Shown here one piece after another: positions 59,876 through 64,000 of a DNA stretch of 64,000 nucleotides. Source of the stretch: Cryomorphaceae bacterium (GTDB lineage: Bacteria; Bacteroidota; Bacteroidia; Flavobacteriales; Flavobacteriaceae); assembly GCA_003331875.1 (NCBI GenBank), contig QOQA01000003.1:269-64268 (forward strand), written 5' to 3'. The notes beneath the pieces were generated by a model that was given only the letters and a program-made list of their open reading frames with translations, ran no database searches and was not told where the DNA came from. The translations under genes and the position numbers were made by a program. Every line of letters begins with the position of its first letter. The first letter of the stretch is position 1.

Positions 59876-60649
59876 TTAATTGTCTTTTTTTCCAGTTCTA
59901 GCATCAAATAAAAGTCTCGTCATAACTCTATGTCTAATTTCTCTTAGATCTGATCCATGTTTTTCATTATGTTTTTTAGATACTTTTGCTGGGACATCTG
60001 ACCACCAGTTTTGATTTGCTTTCTGCCAAGTGTCAAATAAATCAATTGTTATCATATCCCATGCCCCCTCAGATTTGGCAACGACACCCCTTCTTTTCAT
60101 AACATGCCATCCTTCAAGTCCTTTAGCGTATTCTTCAAAAATATCTTTTGCATCAACTTCCATATCAATGTATGCATTATATTTTTTTGTTTTAATTAAA
60201 TTAAAAATAGCAACATCGGGAATTTTTGAAGGATCTCTAAAAAATCCTGTTATGTATTCACAACTTGCATTATAAACAGTTGAGTAGAGTTCTTCTCCTT
60301 TTCCATAAATCCATGATCTAGCATCAGCAGATAAGTTTGGATATGCTTTTTCCCAAACAGATGTCCAGGAAGGGTCGGGATTGGTTGCAACCCAAATGGC
60401 AATATGTGAAAATCCAGCGTTATATCTTGCATTTTTTGCAACTCTTCTTAGAAGCCAATTTTCCATTTTACCTTCGGATACAGCAGCTTCCGCTGCAGGA
60501 CCAGTAAAATTTATCATATATGACTCAAATTCATCAATTTTATCTTCCTCGACTTTTATGAACTGAAATCGTACAAAGTCTCCCTCCTGTACCTGTGTGT
60601 GTAAGAATGTTACTGAGAAGCATAAGAGTAATGTAATAATATTTTTCAT
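59876..60649 (-). CDS. Secreted hypothetical protein with a weak internal duplication
   Basis: Type I signal peptide and two roughly 110-aa halves sharing a D..(I/R)F..IK....W..(RR)..V pattern. No family recognised. Confidence 0.6.
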   Translation of the reverse strand: MKNIITLLLCFSVTFLHTQVQEGDFVRFQFIKVEEDKIDEFESYMINFTGPAAEAAVSEGKMENWLLRRVAKNARYNAGFSHIAIWVATNPDPSWTSVWEKAYPNLSADARSWIYGKGEELYSTVYNASCEYITGFFRDPSKIPDVAIFNLIKTKKYNAYIDMEVDAKDIFEEYAKGLEGWHVMKRRGVVAKSEGAWDMITIDLFDTWQKANQNWWSDVPAKVSKKHNEKHGSDLREIRHRVMTRLLFDARTGKKDN

Positions 60650-60778
60650 TATGTTTTTGTCATTTTTTTACAAGTTAAATATTTTGATTATTAATAATTA
60701 CTTATTTTAAAATCATTGATGATATTTAACATATTCATAATATTGATTTCACTATCAATGATAATTTTTTAAAAAATC

Positions 60779-61237
60779 GTGTTAAAAATTGCTAAATTTT
60801 CAAAAGATAAAAAATATAGGTATTCTTTATCTCGCAAGTGGTCAGAAAAAGAACAAGTACTCTTTATTTTATTAAATCCATCAAAGGGTGATGGTATAAA
60901 TGATGATCCTACCATTAGAAGGTTAATTTCTATTTCCAAAAATTTAGGTTATGGAGGCTTTATGGTGGTTAATCTTTACACCATAATTACTCCAATGAGA
61001 AATAAATTATATGAGAAGAAAAGAAAATTTTCAAAAAAAAATAAAAATTTAATATTCAATTTGATTGCGCAATACAAAACAATAATCTATGGTTGGGGGG
61101 CCACCGAAAATGAACCAATTTGGCTAAAGAATACGATTAAAAATCCTATGTGCTTTCAAATAAATAAAAATGGTAGTCCAAAACACCCTTTATATTTAAA
61201 AAAATCATCCAGTTTAAGAGAATACAGAAGGTTGTGA
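60779..61237 (+). CDS. DUF1643 domain protein
   Basis: KYRYSLSRKW....LFILLNPS..D...DDPTIRR....S...GYGGF.VVNLY signature. GTG start, with no in-frame ATG nearby. Confidence 0.75.
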   Translation: MLKIAKFSKDKKYRYSLSRKWSEKEQVLFILLNPSKGDGINDDPTIRRLISISKNLGYGGFMVVNLYTIITPMRNKLYEKKRKFSKKNKNLIFNLIAQYKTIIYGWGATENEPIWLKNTIKNPMCFQINKNGSPKHPLYLKKSSSLREYRRL

Positions 61238-61259
61238 AAACCAATGGATATGAAACAAA

Positions 61260-61643
61260 TTAACTTTCTTCGGTTTTTTTATCAAGCGCAATTATTGTGG
61301 CACATGAGACTAAAATTATAGCTGAAGGTAATGTAGGGATTAATGGGTCACTTATGCTAATATGGAAATAAACAGCTGCAACCATGAAAAGGCCCATTAT
61401 AAATGCTGCCGGAGTAACAAACCTTCTAACTTTTAATCCGATTAAAAGTATAATTGCACATGTAACTTTAAATATTCCAACAACAAACATTGTTGTTTGA
61501 TTAAGACCATAAGCCTGAAATTCTTCAATCATATTTAAAGCTTGACCTCCTCTGTACAAAGAAGGCATGTTCAATCTCCAAGTCCACGCGCTTAAAACAG
61601 CCAGAGAAACAACTAAGATTAATATTTTGAAAATCGTTTTCAT
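61260..61643 (-). CDS. DoxX-like 4-TM membrane protein
   Basis: 127 aa and hydrophobic. EEFQAYGL....VVGIFKVTCAIILLIG resembles DoxX-family proteins. Confidence 0.5.
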   Translation of the reverse strand: MKTIFKILILVVSLAVLSAWTWRLNMPSLYRGGQALNMIEEFQAYGLNQTTMFVVGIFKVTCAIILLIGLKVRRFVTPAAFIMGLFMVAAVYFHISISDPLIPTLPSAIILVSCATIIALDKKTEES

Positions 61644-61693
61644 AATTATCTATTCTAACCTATATTTAGTTAAGTTAATTTAAAAAATTATTT

Positions 61694-62188
61694 ATGAAAA
61701 AAATATTTTTATTGTTGATTTTAGTTTTAATTTCATGTGAAACTACAGACAAAAAAGAGCCTACAACTGAACTAGATTTTCCATTTGTGCCTAGCTATCA
61801 AAAAGATTGGAAAATAGGTAGTCAAGAAAACGTACTTCTAGTTCAAAATCTACACAAAACACTACTTGATGGTGAGTTTGAAAGAATAACAGAGTTCATT
61901 TCTGATACTATTGTGATGTATATGGGTGATGGTTCCACTGTTAGTGGGATTGATAATTTTAAAGAACTTCTTTCTGCTTACAAAGATGCTAATTTAAGAG
62001 ATTATAATGTGGGTGTAAATTTTCCTATCATTTCTGAAGAAGGTCATGAATGGGTAATAAATTGGGATTCTGTTACATATGACACACCTGATGGGCCAGT
62101 TAGAATGAGGTATCAAGAAGCTTACAGAATTTCTGGGGGTAAAATTGTAAGGGTTAATCAATTCACCAAACCAGTTATCGAGGATTAA
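61694..62188 (+). CDS. NTF2/SnoaL-like lipoprotein (paralog C)
   Basis: Lipobox LISC. KIGSQENVLLV...DTIVMYMGDG...SGGKIVRVNQF parallels the 58796 ORF. Confidence 0.6.
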   Translation: MKKIFLLLILVLISCETTDKKEPTTELDFPFVPSYQKDWKIGSQENVLLVQNLHKTLLDGEFERITEFISDTIVMYMGDGSTVSGIDNFKELLSAYKDANLRDYNVGVNFPIISEEGHEWVINWDSVTYDTPDGPVRMRYQEAYRISGGKIVRVNQFTKPVIED

Positions 62189-62206
62189 ACTTTATAAATA
62201 TTTCAA

Positions 62207-62653
62207 ATGAACTTCAGAATTTTTCTGAATATATTTTTAATTTTATCATTTCTTGCTCTGTACACTCAAAATGACGTTACTAGATTTTATGGAGAAGAGT
62301 TTAATTTCAATATTAAAAGTATTGAGAATTCCTTAGAGCCATCATCAATCAGGATCAAAGCAAAAGGTGAAATTATATCAACCTGTCCTATGAAAGGCTG
62401 TTGGATGAATATGAGTGTTTCTAATGACACGATTCTTGTTAGATTTAAAGACTATGGATTTTTTGTTCCTAAAACTGGCGTTGAAGGTAATTTAGCAATT
62501 ATAAATGGTTATTTGTCTGTTGACACTCTAAGTGTAGCTCAATTAAGACATTACGCAGAGGATGCTGGTAAAAACAAAAAGGAAATCATGAAGATTACCG
62601 AGCCTAAAATAACATTATCATTTTTAGCCGATGGAGTTGCTATTCAAGAATAA
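62207..62653 (+). CDS. DUF4920 domain protein
   Basis: Signal peptide, CPMKGCWM motif, FKDYGFFVPK, RHYAEDAGK. Confidence 0.7.
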   Translation: MNFRIFLNIFLILSFLALYTQNDVTRFYGEEFNFNIKSIENSLEPSSIRIKAKGEIISTCPMKGCWMNMSVSNDTILVRFKDYGFFVPKTGVEGNLAIINGYLSVDTLSVAQLRHYAEDAGKNKKEIMKITEPKITLSFLADGVAIQE

Positions 62654-62655
62654 TT

Positions 62656-63017
62656 ATGAAAAATATTTTATGCTTATCTCTATTATTTTTTTCACATTTT
62701 ATGCTTACTCAAGAGTATCATGTAGCAAAGAATGGAGATGATTTAAACCCTGGAACTAAGGATAAACCTTTTTTAACGATTACGTTCCTGCTACAAAAAA
62801 CTGGGATCAGCAATTTAATGGTAAGAGTATGAAAATTTCTTCTGCATTTATAAAAATAGGTGATAAAAAATACAATTTGAAAATGTCAGATAAACTAGAT
62901 CATACATCAATTAATATCAATATTGAGTCTGGTAAAACAACAATGGAACCTGGTTTTATTTTAGAAAATGGACAAGCATCCGTTGCATTCTACACAGACA
63001 TAGATTTTTTATTTTAA
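62656..63017 (+). pseudogene. Remnant of a larger secreted enzyme gene (N-terminal and C-terminal pieces in different frames)
   Basis: Frame 1 (62656-62832) has a signal peptide plus QEYHVAKNGDDLNPGTKDKPFLTI, a typical start for a parallel beta-helix enzyme, then junk and a stop. A second frame is open 62766-63017 and reads like a C-terminal tail (..VPATKNWDQQFNGKS..IKIGDKKYNL..). The T6 run at 62769-62774 lies in the frame overlap. Confidence 0.55.
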
Positions 63018-63067
63018 TTATAGTGATTTAATAAAAAATTATTATCTTGAAATTTCCACTTAATTTT

Positions 63068-63214
63068 ATGAGACTAAGCAAAAGAGATAAAGCACTAACA
63101 AAAATTGAGATACCTGCAGTTCACTCAATATACTTTCGCGGCAAAAGATATGAGTATAAAGATTATCTGAAAATCAAGGATAGGGCAAACAAAGACGAAC
63201 TTCTAGCACTGTAG
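63068..63214 (+). CDS. Small hypothetical ORF (48 aa)
   Basis: ATG..TAG ORF reading MRLSKRDKALTKIEIPAVHSIYFRGKRYEYKDYLKIKDRANKDELLAL. It fills an otherwise empty gap but has no recognisable family. Confidence 0.25.
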   Translation: MRLSKRDKALTKIEIPAVHSIYFRGKRYEYKDYLKIKDRANKDELLAL

Positions 63215-63222
63215 AAAACATT

Positions 63223-63408
63223 CTATTTATTACTTATTATCAAAACTAATCCAGAGTTAATTAACACTAAGGAGATGGTGCCAATAAAAAACCAATCCTT
63301 TGATTCATATTTGTACATTACAGCTTCACCAAAAACACACAAGCCTGCACTAAATAACATTATTCCTAAAAATGCTAGAAAGTTTTTTTTAATATTTGAT
63401 TTCATCAA
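63223..63408 (-). CDS. Small two-TM membrane protein (61 aa)
   Basis: Two clear hydrophobic helices (FLAFLGIMLFSAGLCVF, FFIGTISLVLINSGLVLII). Confidence 0.4.
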   Translation of the reverse strand: MMKSNIKKNFLAFLGIMLFSAGLCVFGEAVMYKYESKDWFFIGTISLVLINSGLVLIISNK

Positions 63409-63444
63409 TTAATGGTCTTAATCATTTAAATTTACATTAAATCT

Positions 63445-64000
63445 ATGAACAAAACTGTTACTTTATTTGGTTCTACCGGACTGATCGGTAGTGAAGTTTT
63501 AAAGCTATTAATAAATGATGATTATTTTGAAAATATAAATATAATATCAAGAAAAAAAATAAATATAGATTCAAAAAAAATAAAAAATTATATTATTGAT
63601 TTTTCAAATATAGAGGACTATAAAAAAGTTGTCAATAAAGACTACATTATAATTGCATCCATTGGGACAACTCAATCAAAAGTTAATTTTAATAAAATTG
63701 AATACAGAAAAGTTGATTATGATATTTTATTAAATATTGCTATGGCTTGTAAATCTAATAAAGCATCATCTTTTTCTTTTGTTTCATCTGCTGGTGCTGA
63801 TGAAAAAAGTAAAAATTTTTATTTAAAGCTTAAAGGTGAAATTGAAAATTCAATTATGCAGATTGGATTAAAATCTTGCTTAATATTTAGACCTTCACTT
63901 CTTTTAGGAAAAAGAAATGAATTTAGATTTGGAGAAATTATAGGTCAAAAAATTATGCCACTAGTATCTTTTTTGATGAAATCAGAATATAAACCGATTA
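63445..64000 (+). CDS. NAD(P)H-binding Rossmann-fold oxidoreductase (HTATIP2/NmrA-like), 3' end outside the window
   Basis: ATG 63445 reads MNKTVTLFGSTGLIGSEVLKLL...IGTTQSK...VSSAGADEKSKNFYLKLKGEIE...LIFRPSLLLGKR and stays open to the window edge. Confidence 0.8.
   Translation, partial: MNKTVTLFGSTGLIGSEVLKLLINDDYFENINIISRKKINIDSKKIKNYIIDFSNIEDYKKVVNKDYIIIASIGTTQSKVNFNKIEYRKVDYDILLNIAMACKSNKASSFSFVSSAGADEKSKNFYLKLKGEIENSIMQIGLKSCLIFRPSLLLGKRNEFRFGEIIGQKIMPLVSFLMKSEYKPI

Noticed and set aside
60779-61237. The DUF1643 gene as a candidate stand-alone defence or phage-related gene.
   Set aside because: It is a single gene with no partner nuclease, ATPase or methylase and no mobile-element context. 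The family is widespread with unknown function.
58796-62653. The idea that the lipoprotein / DUF1643 / DoxX / DUF4920 region is a horizontally acquired island, judged by base composition.
   Set aside because: Hand counts of a few 60-nt samples gave GC values (about 35-41 percent) within the range I also see in conserved housekeeping genes here. There are no flanking repeats, tRNA or integrase, so I cannot support this without computing skew and k-mer statistics.
63068-63408. A convergent pair of tiny ORFs (48-aa basic peptide and 61-aa hydrophobic peptide) as a possible toxin-antitoxin or type I toxin locus.
   Set aside because: There are no recognisable family features and no antisense RNA signal I can see. 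The small ORFs in this AT-rich gap may be fortuitous, so they are kept only as low-confidence features.
1-64000. I looked across the whole window for CRISPR arrays, rRNA, IS elements or transposases, an intact integrase, restriction-modification, toxin-antitoxin pairs, and ATPase/nuclease-type defence gene combinations.
   Set aside because: None were found. There are no regularly spaced direct repeats, and every large ORF has a housekeeping or known-family assignment. The only recombinase-like sequence is the roughly 100-aa fragment fused to sdhA.

Overview
This is an AT-rich, very gene-dense chromosomal segment of a Bacteroidota/Flavobacteriia-type genome, probably a streamlined marine flavobacterium. 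Lineage markers are alternative complex III actABCD, b558-type sdhCAB, a DUF2723 giant membrane protein, the DUF4270 / half-size GlgA-like / panCD neighbourhood, PafA-type phosphatase, DUF2480 and DUF3078 after a suf operon, rpoN, and TAnnTTTG-like promoter boxes. I call about 60 protein genes, one tRNA-Gln and one decayed gene. By my own gene calls only about 1.8 kb of the 64 kb is intergenic. Several convergent gene pairs overlap at their 3' ends, and several genes need TTG or GTG starts. Most of the window (1-58.4 kb) is ordinary housekeeping: ACIII, infB-nusA, polA, rplM-rpsI, rpsB-tsf-pyrH-frr, asnS, rpoN, panCD, radA, xth, glyQS, sdhCAB, thiL, sufABCDSE-T, hflX and lpxH. I found no CRISPR array, rRNA, intact transposase or integrase, restriction-modification, toxin-antitoxin or recognisable defence module, and I cannot honestly point to a clear multi-gene novel system. 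The observations most worth a second look are these. (1) A roughly 100-codon in-frame 5' extension of sdhA looks like the arm-type DNA-binding N-terminus of a Bacteroidetes tyrosine integrase. It sits behind a repeat-structured spacer, and an out-of-frame ATG lies exactly where the canonical sdhA start should be. (2) The only accessory-looking stretch (58.4-63.4 kb) has an operon of exported NTF2/SnoaL-like lipoproteins plus an internally duplicated secreted protein, a further paralog, DUF1643, DoxX-like and DUF4920 genes, and a gene remnant. (3) A thioredoxin-fold protein has lost both CxxC cysteines. (4) The Pol I 3'-5' exonuclease motifs look degenerate. (5) The rpsB leader is structured.
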